Positions 1 through 14,200 of a stretch of DNA of 64,000 nucleotides are shown piece by piece; the stretch's first letter is position 1; each line of letters begins with the position of its first letter. A program made the translations under genes and the position numbers. The notes under the pieces are model-generated. The model did no database searches, was not told the DNA's origin, and saw nothing but the letters and a program-made list of their open reading frames with translations. Source of the DNA: Eledone cirrhosa (taxonomy: Eukaryota); contig OZ024740.1 of assembly GCA_964016885.1 (NCBI GenBank), positions 12,400,001 to 12,464,000 of the forward strand. Reading direction: 5' to 3'.

Positions 1-2449
1 TCTTGTCTCTAGTCTAATATCTTGTCACTAGTCTAATGTCTCTAGTCTAATGTCTTGTCTCTAGTCTAATGTCTTGTCTCTAGTCAAATATCTTGTCTCT
101 AGTCTAATATCTTGTCACTAGTCTAATGTCTCTAGTCTAATGTCTTGTCCCTAGTCTAATATCTTGTCTCTAGTCTAATGTCTTGTCTCTAGTCTAATGT
201 CTCTAGTCTAATGTCTTGTCTCTAGTCTAATATCTTGTCTCTAGTCTAATATCTTGTCTCTAGTCTAATGTCTCTAGTCTAATGTCTTGTCTCTAGTCTA
301 ATGTCTTGTCTCTAGTCTAATATCTTGTCTCTAGTCTAATGTCTCTAGTCTAATGTCTTGTCTCAAGTCTAATATCTTGTCTCTAGTCTAATGTCTTGTC
401 TCTAGTCTAATGTCTCTAGTCTAATGTCTTGTCTCTAGTCTAATGTCTCTAGTCTAATGTCTTGTCTCTAGTCTAATGACTTGTCTCTAGTCTAATATCT
501 TGTCTCTAGTCTAATGTCTTGTCTCTAGTCTAATGTCTCTAGTCTAATGTCTTGTCTCTAGTCTAATGTCTTGTCTCTAGTCTAATATCTTGTCTCTAGT
601 CTAATGTCTTGTCTCTAGTCTAATGTCTCTAGTCTAATGTCTTGTCTCTAGTCTAATGTCTCTAGTCTAATGTCTGGTCTCTAGTCTAATATCTTGTCTC
701 TAGTCTAATGAATTGTCTCTAGTCTAATGTCTCTAGTCTAATGTCTTGTCTCTAGTCTAATGTCTCTAGTCTAATGTCTCTAGTCTAATGTCTTGTCTCT
801 AGTCTAATGTCTCTAGTCTAATGTCTTGTTTCTAGTCTAATGTCTCTAGTCTAATGTCTTGTCTCTAGTCTAATATCTTGTCTCTAGTCTAATGTCTTGT
901 CTCTAGTCTAATGTCTCTAGTCTAATGTCTTGTCTCTAGTCTAATATCTTGTCTCTAGTCTAATGTCTTGTCTCTAGTCTAATGTCTCTAGTCTAATGTC
1001 TTGTTTCTAGTCTAATGTCTCTAGTCTAATGTCTTGTCTCTAGTCTAATATCTTGTCTCTAGTCTAATGTCTCTAGTCTAATGTCTTGTCTCTAGTCTAA
1101 TGTTTCTAGTCTAATGTCTTGTCTCTAGTCTAATATCTTGTCTCTAGTCTAATGTCTCTAGTCTAATGTCTCTAGTCTAATGTCTTGTCTCTAGTCTAAT
1201 ATCTTGTCTCTAGTCTAATGACTCTAGTCTAATGTCTTGTCTCTAGTCTAATGTCTCTAGTCTAATTTCTTGTCTCTAGTCTAATGTCTCTAGTCTAATG
1301 TCTTGTCTCCAGTCTAATATCTTGTCTCTAGTCTAATGTCTCTAGTCTAATGTCTTGTCTCTAGTCTAATGTCTCTAGTCTAATGTCTTGTCTCTAGTCT
1401 AATGTATTGTTTCTAGTCTAATGTCTCTAGTCTAATGTCTTGTCTCTAGTCTAATGTCTCTAGTCTAATGTCTTGTCTCTAGTCTAATATCTTGTCTCTA
1501 GTCTAATGTCTTGTCTCTAGTCTAATGTCTCTAGTCTAATGTCTTGTCTCTAGTCTAATGTCTTGTCTCTAGTCTAATGTCTCTAGTCTAATGTCTTGTC
1601 TCTAGTCTAATGTCTCTAGTCTAATGTCTTGTCTCTAGTCTAATGTCTCTAGTCTAATGTCTTGTCTCTAGTCTAATGTCTCTAGTCTAATTTCTTGTCT
1701 CTAGTCTAATGTCTCTAGTCTAATGTCTTGTCTCCAGTCTAATATCTCGTCTCTAGTCTAATGTCTCTAGTCTAATGTCTTGTCTCTAGTCTAATATCTT
1801 GTCTCTAGTCTAATGTCTCTAGTCTAATGTCTTGTCTCTAGTCTAATATCTTATCTGTAGTCTAATGTCTCTAGTGTAATGTCTTGTCTCTAGTCTAATG
1901 TCTCTAGTCTAATGTATTGTCTCTAGTCTAACGTCTTGTCTCTAGTCTAATGTCTCTAGTCTAATGTCTCTAGTGTAATGTCTTGTCTCTAGTCTAATGT
2001 CTTGTCTCTAATCTAATGTCTTGTCTCTAGTCTAATGTCTCTAGTCTAATGTCTTGTCTCTAGTCTAATATCTTGTCTCTAGTCTAATGTCTTGTCTCTA
2101 GTCTAATGTCTCTAGTCTAATGTCTTGTTTCTAGTCTAACGTCTCTAGTATAATGTCTTGTCTCTAGTCCAATATCTTGTCTCTAGTCTAATGTCTTGTC
2201 TCTAGTCTAATGTCTCTAGTCTAATGTCTTGTCTCTAGTCTAACGTCTTGTCTCTAGTGTAATGTCTCTAGTGTAATGTCTTGTCTCTAGTCTAATGTCT
2301 TGTCTCTAGTCTAACGTCTTGTCTCTAGTCTAATGTCTCTAGTCTAATATCTTTCTCTAGTCTAATGTCTCTAGTCTAATGTCTCTAGTCTAATGTCTTG
2401 TCTCTAGTCTAATATCTTGTCTCTAGTCTAATGTCTCTAGTCTAATGTC

Positions 2450-5400
2450 TTGTCTCTAGTCTAATATCTTGTCTCTAGTCTAATGACTCTAGTCTAATGT
2501 CTTGTGTCTAGTCTAATATCTTGTCTCTTGTCTAATGTCTCTAGTCTAATGTCTTGTCTCTAGTCTAACGTCTTGTCTCTAGTCTAATGTCTCTAGACTA
2601 ATGTCTTGTCTCTAGTCTAGTGTCTCTAGTCTAATGTCTTGTCTCTAGTCTAATGTCTTGTCTCTAGTCTAATATCTTGTCTCTAGTCTAATGTCTTGTC
2701 TCTAGTCTAATGTCTCTAGTCTAATGTCTTGTCTCTAGTCTAATGTCTTGTCTCTAGTCTAATGTCTCTAGTCTAATGTCTTGTCTCTAGTCTAATGTCT
2801 CTAGTCTAATGTCTTGTCTCTAGTCTAATGTCTCTAGTCTAATGTCTTGTCTCTGGTCTAATGTCTCTAGTCTAATGTCTTGTCTCTAGTCTAATATCTT
2901 GTCTCTAGTCTAATGTCTCTAATCTAATGTCTTGTCTCTAGTCTAATGTCTCTAGTCTAATGTCTTGTCTCTACTCTAATGTCTTGTCATTAGTCTAATG
3001 TCTCTAGTCTAATATCTTGTCTCTAGTCTAATGTCTCTAGTCTAATGTCTAGTCTCTAGTCTAATGTCTCTAGTCTAACGTCTTGTCTCTAGTCTAATAT
3101 CTCGTCTCTAGTCTAATGTCTCTAGTCTAATGTCTTGTCTCTAGTCTAATATCTTGTCTCTAGTCTTATGTCTCTAGTCTAATGTCTTGTCTCTAGTATA
3201 ATATCTTATCTCTAGTCTAATGTCTCTAGTCTAATGTCTTGTCTCTAGTCTAATGTCTTGTCTCTAGTCTAATGTCTCTAGTCTAATGTATTGTCTCTAG
3301 TCTAACGTCTTGTCTCTAGTCTAATGTCTCTAGTCTAATGTCTCTAGTGTAATGTCTTGTCTCTAGTCTAATGTCTTGTCTCTAATCTAATGTCTTGTCT
3401 CTAGTCTAATGTCTCTAGTCTAATGTCTTGTCTCTAGTCTAATATCTTGTCTCTAGTCTAATGTCTTGTCTCTAGTCTAATGTCTCTAGTCTAATGTCTT
3501 GTTTCTAGTCTAACGTCTCTAGTATAATGTCTTGTCTCTAGTCTAATATCTTGTCTCTAGTCTAATGTCTTGTCTCTAGTCTAATGTCTCTAGTCTAATG
3601 TCTTGTCTCTAGTCTAACGTCTTGTCTCTAGTGTAATGTCTCTAGTGTAATGTCTTGTCTCTAGTCTAATGTCTTGTCTCTAGTCTAACGTCTTGTCTCT
3701 AGTCGAATGTCTCTAGTCTAATATCTTGTCTCTAGTCTAATGTCTCTAGTCTAATATCGTGTCACTAGTCTAATGTCTCTAGTCTAATATCTTGTCTCTA
3801 GTCTAACGTCTTGTCTCTAGTCTAACGTCTCTAGTCTAATATCTTGTCTCTAGTCTAATGTCTCTAGTCTAATATCTTGTCACTAGTCTAATGTCTCTAG
3901 TCTAATGTCTTGTCTCTAGTCTAATGTCTTGTCTCTAGTCTAATGTCTCTAGTCTAATGTCTTGTCTCTAGTCTAATGTCTCTAGTCTAATGTCTTGTTT
4001 CTAGTCTAATGTCTCTAGTCTAATGTCTTGTCTCTAGTCTAATATCTTGTCTCTAGTCTAATGTCTTGTCTCTAGTCTAATGTCTCTAGTCTAATGTCTT
4101 GTCTCTAGTCTAATATCTTGTCTCTAGTCTAATGTCTTGTCTCTAGTCTAATGTCTCTAGTCTAATGTCTTGTCTCTAGTCTAATGTCTCTAGTCTAATG
4201 TCTTGTCTCTAGTCTAATATCTTGTCTCTAGTCTAATGACTCTAGTCTAATGTCTTGTCCCTAGTCTAATGTCTCTAGTCTAATGTCTTGTCTCTAGTCT
4301 AATGTCTTGTCTCTAGTCTAATGTCTGTAGTCTAATATCTTGTCTCTAGTCTAATGTCTCTTGTGTAATGTCTTGTCTCTAGTCTAATGTCTCTAGTCTA
4401 ATGTCTCTAGTCTAATGTCTTGTCTCTAGTCTAATGTCTCTAGTCTAATGTCTTGTCTCTAGTCTAATATCTTGTCTCTAGTCTAATGTCTCTAGTCTAA
4501 TGTCTTGTCTCTAGTCTAATATCTTGTCTCTAGTCTAATGACTCTAGTCTAATGTCTTGTGTCTAGTCTAATATCTTGTCTCTAGTCTAATGTCTCTTGT
4601 CTAATGTCTTGTCTCTAGTCTAACGTCTTGTCTCTAGTCTAATGTCTATAGTCTAATGTCTTGTCTCTAGTCTAGTGTCTCTAGTCTAATGTCTTGTCTC
4701 TAGTCTAATGTCTTGTCTCTAGTCTAATATCTTGTCTCTAGTCTAATGTCTTGTCTCTAGTCTAATGTCTCTAGTCTAATGTCTTGTCTCTAGTCTAATG
4801 TCTCTAGTCTAATGTCTTGTCTCTAGTCTAATGTCTTGTCTCTAGTCTAATATCTTGTCTCTAGTCTAATGTCTTGTCTCTAGTCTAATGTCTCTAGTCT
4901 AATGTCTTGTCTCTAGTCTAATGTCTCTAGTCTAATGTCTTGTCTCTAGTCTAATATCTTGTCTCTAGTCTAATGTCTCTAATCTAATGTCTTGTCTCTA
5001 GTCTAATGTCTCTAGTCTAATGTCTTGTCTCTAGTCTAATGTCTTGTCTCTAGTCTAATGTCTCTAGTCTAATATCTTGTCTCTAGTCTAATGTCTCTAG
5101 TCTAATGTCTAGTCTCTAGTCTAATGTCTCTAGTCTAACGTCTTGTCTCTAGTCTAATATCTCGTCTCTAGTCTAATGTCTCTAGTCTAATGTCTTGTCT
5201 CTAGTCTAATATCTTGTCTCTAGTCTAATGTCTCTAGTCTAATGTCTTGTCTCTAGTCTAATATCTTATCTCTAGTCTAATGTCTCTAGTCTAATGTCTT
5301 GTCTCTAGTCTAATGTCTGTAGTCTAATGTATTGTCTCTAGTCTAACGTCTTGTCTCTAGTCTAATGTCTCTAGTCTAATGTCTCTAGTGTAATGTCTTG

Positions 5401-8400
5401 TCTCTAGTCTAATGTCTTGTCTCTAATCTAATGTCTTGTCTCTAGTCTAATGTCTCTAGTCTAATGTCTTGTCTCTAGTCTAATATCTTGTCTCTAGTCT
5501 AATGTCTTGTCTCTAGTCTAATGTCTCTAGTCTAATGTCTTGTTTCTAGTCTAACGTCTCTAGTATAATGTCTTGTCTCTAGTCTAATATCTTGTCTCTA
5601 GTCTAATGTCTTGTCTCTAGTCTAATTTCTCTAGTCTAATGTCTTGTCTCTAGTCTAACGTCTTGTCTCTAGTGTAATGTCTCTAGTGTAATGTCTTGTC
5701 TCTAGTCTAATGTCTTGTCTCTAGTCTAACGTCTTGTCTCTAGTCTAATGTCTCTAGTCTAATATCTTGTCTCTAGTCCAATGTCTCTAGTCTAATATCG
5801 TGTCACTAGTCTAATCTCTCTAGTCTAATATCTTGTCTCTAGTCTAACGTCTCTAGTCTAATATCTTGTCTCTAGTCTAATGTCTCTAGTCTAATATCTT
5901 GTCACTAGTCTAATGTCTCTAGTCTAATGTCTTGTCTCTAGTCTAATGTCTTGTCTCTAGTCTAATGTCTCTAGTCTAATGTCTTGTCTCTAGTCTAATA
6001 TCTTGTCTCTAGTCTAATGTCTTGTCTCTAGTCTAATGTCTCTAGTCTAATGTCTTGTTTCTAGTCTAATGTCTCTAGTCTAATGTCTTGTCTCTAGTCT
6101 AATATCTTGTCTCTAGTCTAATGTCTTGTCTCTAGTCTAATGTCTCTAGTCTAATGTCTTGTCTCTAGTCTAATGTCTCTAGTCTAATGTCTTGTCTCTA
6201 GTCTAATATCTTGTCTCTAGTCTAATGTCTCTAGTCTAATGTCTTGTCTCTAGTCTAATGTCTCTAGTCTAATGTCTTGTCTCTAGTCTAATGTCTTGTC
6301 TCTAGTCTAATGTCTCTAGTCAAATATCTTGTCTCTAGTCTAATGTCTCGTGTCTAATGTCTTGTCTCTAGTCTAATGTCTATAGTCTAATGTCTTGTCT
6401 CTAGTCTAATGTCTCTAGTCTAATGTCTTGTCTCTAGTCTAATATCTTGTCTCTAGTCTAATGTCTCTAGTCTAATGTCTTGTCTCTAGTCTAATATCTT
6501 GTCTCTAGTCTAATGTCGCTAGTCTAATGTCTTGTCTCTAGTCTAATATCTTGTCTCTAGTCTAATGACTCTAGTCTAATGTCTTGTGTCTAGTCTAATA
6601 TCTTGTCTCTAGTCTAATGTCTCTAGTCTAATGGCTTGTCTCTAGTCTAACGTCTTGTCTCTAGTCTAATGTCTCTAGTCTAATGTCTCTAGTCTAATGT
6701 CTTGTCTCTAGTCTAGTGTCTCTAGTCTAATGTCTTGTCTCTAGTCTAATGTCTTGTCTCTAGTCTAATATCTTGTCTCTAGTCTAATGTCTTGTCTCTA
6801 GTCTAATGTCTCTAGTCTAATGTCTTGTCTCTAGTCTAATGTCTCTAGTCTAATGTCTTGTCTCTAGTCTAGTGTCTCTAGTCTAATGTCTTGTCTCTAG
6901 TCTAATGTCTTGTCTCTAGTCTAATATCTTGTCTCTAGTCTAATGTCTTGTCTCTAGTCTAATGTCTCTAGTCTAATGTCTTGTCTCTAGTCTAATGTCT
7001 TGTCTCTAGTCTAATATCTTGTCTCTAGTCTAATGTCTTGTCTCTAGTCTAATGTCTCTAGTCTAATATCTTGTCTCTAGTCTAATGACTCTAGTCTAAT
7101 GTCTTGTGTCTAGTCTAATATCTTGTCTCTTGTCTAATGTCTCTAGTCTAATGTCTTGTCTCTAGTCTAACGTCTTGTCTCTAGTCTAATGTCTCTAGAC
7201 TAATGTCTTGTCTCTAGTCTAGTGTCTCTAGTCTAATGTCTTGTCTCTAGTCTAATGTCTTGTCTCTAGTCTAATATCTTGTCTCTAGTCTAATGTCTTG
7301 TCTCTAGTCTAATGTCTCTAGTCTAATGTCTTGTCTCTAGTCTAATGTCTCTAGTCTAATGTCTTGTCTCTAGTCTAATGTCTTGTCTCTAGTCTAATAT
7401 CTTGTCTCTAGTCTAATGTCTTGTCTCTAGTCTAATGTCTCTAGTCTAATGTCTTGTCTCTGGTCTAATGTCTCTAGTCTAATGTCTTGTCTCTAGTCTA
7501 ATATCTTGTCTCTAGTCTAATGTCTCTAATCTAATGTCTTGTCTCTAGTCTAATGTCTCTAGTCTAATGTCTTGTCTCTACTCTAATGTCTTGTCATTAG
7601 TCTAATGTCTCTAGTCTAATATCTTGTCTCTAGTCTAATGTCTCTAGTCTAATGTCTAGTCTCTAGTCTAATGTCTCTAGTCTAACGTCTTGTCTCTAGT
7701 CTAATATCTCGTCTCTAGTCTAATGTCTCTAGTCTAATGTCTTGTCTCTAGTCTAATATCTTGTCTCTAGTCTAATGTCTCTAGTCTAATGTCTCTAGTC
7801 TAATGTCTCTAGTGTAATGTCTTGTCTCTAGTCTAATGTCTTGTCTCTAATCTAATGTCTTGTCTCTAGTCTAATGTCTCTAGTCTAATGTCTTGTCTCT
7901 AGTCTAATATCTTGTCTCTAGTCTAATGTCTTGTCTCTAGTCTAATGTCTCTAGTCTAATGTCTTGTTTCTAGTCTGACGTCTCTAGTATAATGTCTTGT
8001 CTCTAGTCTAATATCTTGTCTCTAGTCTAATGTCTTGTCTCTAGTCTAATGTCTCTAGTCTAATGTCTTGTCTCTAGTCTAACGTCTTGTCTCTAGTGTA
8101 ATGTCTCTAGTGTAATGTCTTGTCTCTAGTCTAATGTCTTGTCTCTAGTCTAACGTCTTGTCTCTAGTCTAATGTCTCTAGTCTAATATCTTGTCTCTAG
8201 TCTAATGTCTCTAGTCTAATATCGTGTCACTAGTCTAATGTCTCTAGTCTAATATCTTGTCTCTAGTCTAATGTCTCTAGTCTAATATCTTGTCACTAGT
8301 CTAATGTCTCTAGTCTAATGTCTTGTCTCTAGTCTAATGTCTTGTCTCTAGTCTAATGTCTCTAGTCTAATGTCTTGTCTCTAGTCTAATGTCTCTAGTC

Positions 8401-11200
8401 TAATGTCTTGTTTCTAGTCTAATGTCTCTAGTCTAATGTCTTGTCTCTAGTCTAATATCTTGTCTCTAGTCTAATGTCCTGTCTCTAGTCTAATGTCTTG
8501 TCTCTAGTCTAATATCTTGTCTCTAGTCTAATGTCTTGTCTCTAGTCTAATGTCTCTAGTCTAATGTCTTGTCTCTAGTCTAATGTCTCTAGTCTAATGT
8601 CTTGTCTCTAGTCTAATATCTTGTCTCTAGTCTAATGACTCTAGTCTAATGTCTTGTCCCTAGTCTAATGTCTCTAGTCTAATGTCTTGTCTCTAGTCTA
8701 ATGTCTTGTCTCTAGTCTAATGTCTCTAGTCTAATATCTTGTCTCTAGTCTAATGTCTCTTGTGTAATGTCTTGTCTCTAGTCTAATGTCTCTAGTCTAA
8801 TGTCTCTAGTCTAATGTCTTGTCTCTAGTCTAATGTCTCTAGTCTAATGTCTTGTCTCTAGTCTAATATCTTGTCTCTAGTCTAATGTCTCTAGTCTAAT
8901 GTCTTGTCTCTAGTCTAATATCTTGTCTCTAGTCTAATGACTCTAGTCTAATGTCTTGTGTCTAGTCTAATATCTTGTCTCTAGTCTAATGTCTCTTGTC
9001 TAATGTCTTGTCTCTAGTCTAACGTCTTGTCTCTAGTCTAGTGTCTATAGTCTAATGTCTTGTCTCTAGTCTAGTGTCTCTAGTCTAATGTCTTGTCTCT
9101 AGTCTAATGTCTTGTCTCTAGTCTAATATCTTGTCTCTAGTCTAATGTCTTGTCTCTAGTCTAATGTCTCTAGTCTAATGTCTTGTCTCTAGTCTAATGT
9201 CTCTAGTCTAATGTCTTGTCTCTAGTCTAATGTCTTGTCTCTAGTCTAATATCTTGTCTCTAGTCTAATGTCTTGTCTCTAGTCTAATGTCTCTAGTCTA
9301 ATGTCTTGTCTCTAGTCTAATGTCTCTAGTCTAATGTCTTGTCTCTAGTCTAATATCTTGTCTCTAGTCTAATGTCTCTAATCTAATGTCTTGTCTCTAG
9401 TCTAATGTCTCTAGTCTAATGTCTAGTCTCTAATCTAATGTCTCTAGTCTAACGTCTTGTCTCTAGTCTAATATCTCGTCTCTAGTCTAATGTCTCTAGT
9501 CTAATGTCTTGTCTCTAGTCTAATATCTTGTCTCTAGTCTAATGTCTCTAGTCTAATGTCTTGTCTCTAGTCTAATATCTTATCTCTAGTCTAATGTCTC
9601 TAGTCTAATGTCTTGTCTCTAGTCTAATGTCTTGTCTCTAGTCTAATGTCTCTAGTCTAATGTATTGTCTCTAGTCTAACGTCTTGTCTCTAGTCTAATG
9701 TCTCTAGTCTAATGTCTCTAGTGTAATGTCTTGTCTCTAGTCTAATGTCTTGTCTCTAATCTAATGTCTTGTCTCTAGTCTAATGTCTCTAGTCTAATGT
9801 CTCTAGTCTAATGTCTTGTCTCTAGTCTAATATCTTGTCTCTAGTCTAATGTCTTGTCTCTAGTCTAATGTCTCTAGTCTAATGTCTTGTTTCTAGTCTA
9901 ACGTCTCTAGTATAATGTCTTGTCTCTAGTCTAATATCTTGTCTCTAGTCTAATGTCTTGTCTCTAGTCTAATTTCTCTAGTCTAATGTCTTGTCTCTAG
10001 TCTAACGTCTTGTCTCTAGTGTAATGTCTCTAGTGTAATGTCTTGTCTCTAGTCTAATGTCTTGTCTCTAGTCTAACGTCTTGTCTCTAGTCTAATGTCT
10101 CTAGTCTAATATCTTGTCTCTAGTCCAATGTCTCTAGTCTAATATCGTGTCACTAGTCTAATCTCTCTAGTCTAATATCTTGTCTCTAGTCTAACGTCTC
10201 TAGTCTAATATCTTGTCTCTAGTCTAATGTCTCTAGTCTAATATCTTGTCACTAGTCTAATGTCTCTAGTCTAATGTCTTGTCTCTAGTCTAACGTCTTG
10301 TCTCTAGTCTAATGTCTCTAGTCTAATGTCTTGTCTCTAGTCTAATATCTTGTCTCTAGTCTAATGTCTTGTCTCTAGTCTAATGTCTCTAGTCTAATGT
10401 CTTGTTTCTAGTCTAATGTCTCTAGTCTAATGTCTTGTCTCTAGTCTAATATCTTGTCTCTAGTCTAATGTCTTGTCTCTAGTCTAATGTCTCTAGTCTA
10501 ATGTCTTGTCTCTAGTCTAATATCTTGTCTCTAGTCTAATGTCTTGTCTCTAGTCTAATGTCTCTAGTCTAATGTCTTGTCTCTAGTCTAATGTCTCTAG
10601 TCTAATGTCTTGTCTCTAGTCTAATATCTTGTCTCTAGTCTAATGTCTCTAGTCTAATGTCTTGTCTCTAGTCTAATGTCTCTAGTCTAATGTCTTGTCT
10701 CTAGTCTAATGTCTTGTCTCTAGTCTAATGTCTCTAGTCTAATATCTTGTCTCTAGTCTAATGTCTCGTGTCTAATGTCTTGTCTCTAGTCTAATGTCTA
10801 TAGTCTAATGTCTTGTCTCTAGTCTAATGTCTCTAGTCTAATGTCTTGTCTCTAGTCTAATATCTTGTCTCTAGTCTAATGTCTCTAGTCTAATGTCTTG
10901 TCTCTAGTCTAATATCTTGTCTCTAGTCTAATGTCGCTAGTCTAATGTCTTGTCTCTAGTCTAATATCTTGTCTCTAGTCTAATGACTCTAGTCTAATGT
11001 CTTGTGTCTAGTCTAATATCTTGTCTCTAGTCTAATGTCTCTAGTCTAATGGCTTGTCTCTAGTCTAACGTCTTGTCTCTAGTCTAATGTCTCTAGTCTA
11101 ATGTCTCTAGTCTAATGTCTTGTCTCTAGTCTAGTGTCTCTAGTCTAATGTCTTGTCTCTAGTCTAATGTCTTGTCTCTAGTCTAATATCTTGTCTCTAG
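2450..11200 (+). repeat. ~4.3-4.6-kb near-tandem duplication (copy 1 ~2.45-6.8 kb, copy 2 ~7.05-11.2 kb)
   Basis: Rare variants are shared in the same order: tctaga 2592/7194, ctctgg 2851/7458, gtcattag 2986/7593, ttgtgtaat 4361/8760, ccaatg 5778/10125, gtctcgtg 6345/10763, atggcttg 6631/11049. Confidence 0.85.
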
Positions 11201-14200
11201 TCTAATGTCTTGTCTCTAGTCTAATGTCTCTAGTCTAATGTCTTGTTTCTAGTCTAATGTCTCTAGTCTAATGTCTTGTCTCTAGTCTAATGTCTTGTCT
11301 CTAGTCTAATATCTTGTCTCTAGTCTAATGTCTTGTCTCTAGTCTATTGTCTCTAGTCTAATGTCTTGTCTCTAGTCTAATGTCTCTAGTCTAATGTCTT
11401 GTCTCTAGTCTAATATCTTGTCTCTAGTCTAATGTCTCTAATCTAATGTCTTGTCTCTAGTCTAATGTCTCTAGTCTAATGTCTTGTCTCTAGTCTAATG
11501 TCTTGTCTCTAGTCTAATGTCTCTAGTCTAATATCTTGTCTCTAGTCTAATGTCTCTAGTCTAATGTCTAGTCTCTAGTCTAATGTCTCTAGTCTAACGT
11601 CTTGTCTCTAGTCTAATATCTCGTCTCTAGTCTAATGTCTCTAGTCTAATGTCTTGTCTCTAGTCTAATATCTTGTCTCTAGTCTAATGTCTCTAGTCTA
11701 ATGTGTTGTCTCTAGTCTAATATCTCATCTCTAGTCTAATGTCTCTAGTCTAATGTCTTGTCTCTAGTCTAATGTCTTGTCTCTAGTCTAATGTCTCTAG
11801 TCTAATGTCTCTATTGTAATGTCTTGTCTCTAGTCTAATATCTTTTCTCTAGTCAAATGTCTTGTCTCTAGTCTAATGTCTCTAGTCTAATGTCTTGTTT
11901 CTAGTCTAACGTCTCTAGTATAATGTCTTGTCTCTAGTCTTATATCTTGTCTCTAGTCTAATGTCTTGTCTCTAGTCTAATGTCTCCAGTCTAATGTCTT
12001 GTCTCTAGTCTAACGTCTTGCCTCTAGTGTAATGTCTCTAGTGTAAAGTCTTGTCTCTAGTCTAATGTCTTGTCTCTAGTCTAACGTCTTGTCTCTAGTC
12101 TAATGTCTCTAGTCTAATATCTTGTCTCTAGTCTAATGTCTCTAGTCTAATATCTTGTCTCTAGTCTAACGTCTTGTCTCTAGTCTAACGTCTCTAGTCT
12201 AATATCTTGTCTCTAGTCTAATGTCTCTAGTCTAATATCTTGTCACTAGTCTAATGTCTCTAGTCTAATGTCTTGTCTCTAGTCTAATGTCTTGTCTCTA
12301 GTCTAATGTCTCTAGTCTAATGTCTTGTTTCTAGTCTAATGTCTCTAGTCTAATGTCTTGTCTCTAGTCTAATATCTTGTCTCTAGTCTAATGTCTTGTC
12401 TCTAGTCTAATGTCTCTAGTCTAATGTCTCTAGTCTAATGTCTTGTCTCTAGTCTAATATCTTGTCTCTAGTCTAATGTCTTGTCTCTAGTCTAATGTCT
12501 CTAGTCTAATGTCTTGTTTCTAGTCTAATGTCTCTAGTCTAATGTCTTGTCTCTAGTCTAATATCTTGTCTCTAGTCTAATGTCTCTAGTCTAATGTCTT
12601 GTCTCTAGTCTAATGTCTCTAGTCTAATGTCTTGTCTCTAGTCTAATATCTTGTCTCTAGTCTAATGTCTCTAGTCTAATGTCTTGTCTCTAGTCTAATA
12701 TCTTGTCTCTAGTCTAATGTCTCTAGTCTAATGTCTTGTCTCTAGTCTAATGTCTCTAGTCTAATGTCTTGTCTCTAGTCTAATGTCTCTAGTCTAATGT
12801 CTTGTCTCTAGTCTAATATCCTGTCTCTAGTCTAATGTCTCTAGTCTAATATCTTGTCTCTAGTCTAATGTCTCTAGTCTAATGTCTTGTCTCTAGTCTA
12901 ATGTCTTGTCTCTAGTCTAATGTCTCTAGTCTAATATCTTGTCTCTAGTCTAATGTCTCTTGTCTAATGTCTTGTCTCTAGTCTAATGTCTCTTGTCTAA
13001 TGTCTTGTCTCTAGTCTAATGTCTCTAGTCTAATATCTTGTCTCTAGTCTAATGTCTCTTGTCTAATGTCTTGTCTCTAGTCTAATGTCTCTAGTCTAAT
13101 GTCTTGTCTCTAGTCTAATGTCTCTAGTCTAATATCTTGTCTCTATTCTAATTTCTCTAGTCTAATGTCTTGTCTCTAGTCTAATATCTTGTCTCTAGTC
13201 TAATGACACTAGTCTAATGTCTTGTCTCTAGTCTAATATCTCTAGTCTAATGTCTTGTCTCTAGTCTAATGTCTTGTCTCTAGTCTAATATCTTGTCTCT
13301 AGTCTTATGTCTTGTCTCTAGTCTAATGTCTCTAGTCTAATGTCTCTAGTCTAATGTCTTGTCTCTAGTATAATATCTTGTCTCTAGTCTAATGTCTCTA
13401 GTCTAATGTCTTGTCTCTAGTCTAATATCTTGTCTCTAGTCTAATGTCGCTAGTCTAATGTCCTGTCTCTAGTCTAATATCTTGTCTCTAGTCTAATGAC
13501 TCTAGTCTAATGTCTTGTGTCTAGTCTAATATCTTGTCTCTAGTCTAATGTCTCTAGTCTAATGTCTTGTCTCTAGTCTAACGTCTTGTCTCTAGTCTAA
13601 TGTCTCTAGTCTAATGTCTTGTCTCTAGTCTAGTGTCTCTAGTCTAATGTCTTGTCTCTAGTCTAATATCTTGTCTCTAGTCTAATGTCTTGTCTCTAGT
13701 CTAATATCTTGTCTCTAGTCTAATGTCTCTAATCTAATGACTTGTCTCTAGTCTAATGTCTCTAGTCTAATGTCTTGTCTCTAGTCTAATGTCTTGTCTC
13801 TAGTCTAATGTCTCTAGTCTAATATCTTGTCTCTAGTCTAATGTCTCTAGTCTAATGTCTAGTCTCTAGTCTAATGTCTCTAGTCTAACGTCTTGTCTCT
13901 AGTCTAATATCTCGTCTCTAGTCTAATGTCTCTAGTCTAATGTCTTGTCTCTAGTCTAATATCTTGTCTCTAGTCTAAAGTCTCTAGTCTAATGTGTTGT
14001 CTCTAGTCTAATATCTCATCTCTAGTCTAATGTCTCTAGTCTAATGTCTTGTCTCTAGTCTAATGTCTTGTCTCTAGTCTAATGTCTCTAGTCTAATGTC
14101 TCTAGTGTAATGTCTTGTCTCTAGTCTAATATCTTGTCTCTAGTCAAATGTCTTGTCTCTAGTCTAATGTCTCTAGTCTAATGTCTTGTTTCTAGTCTAA

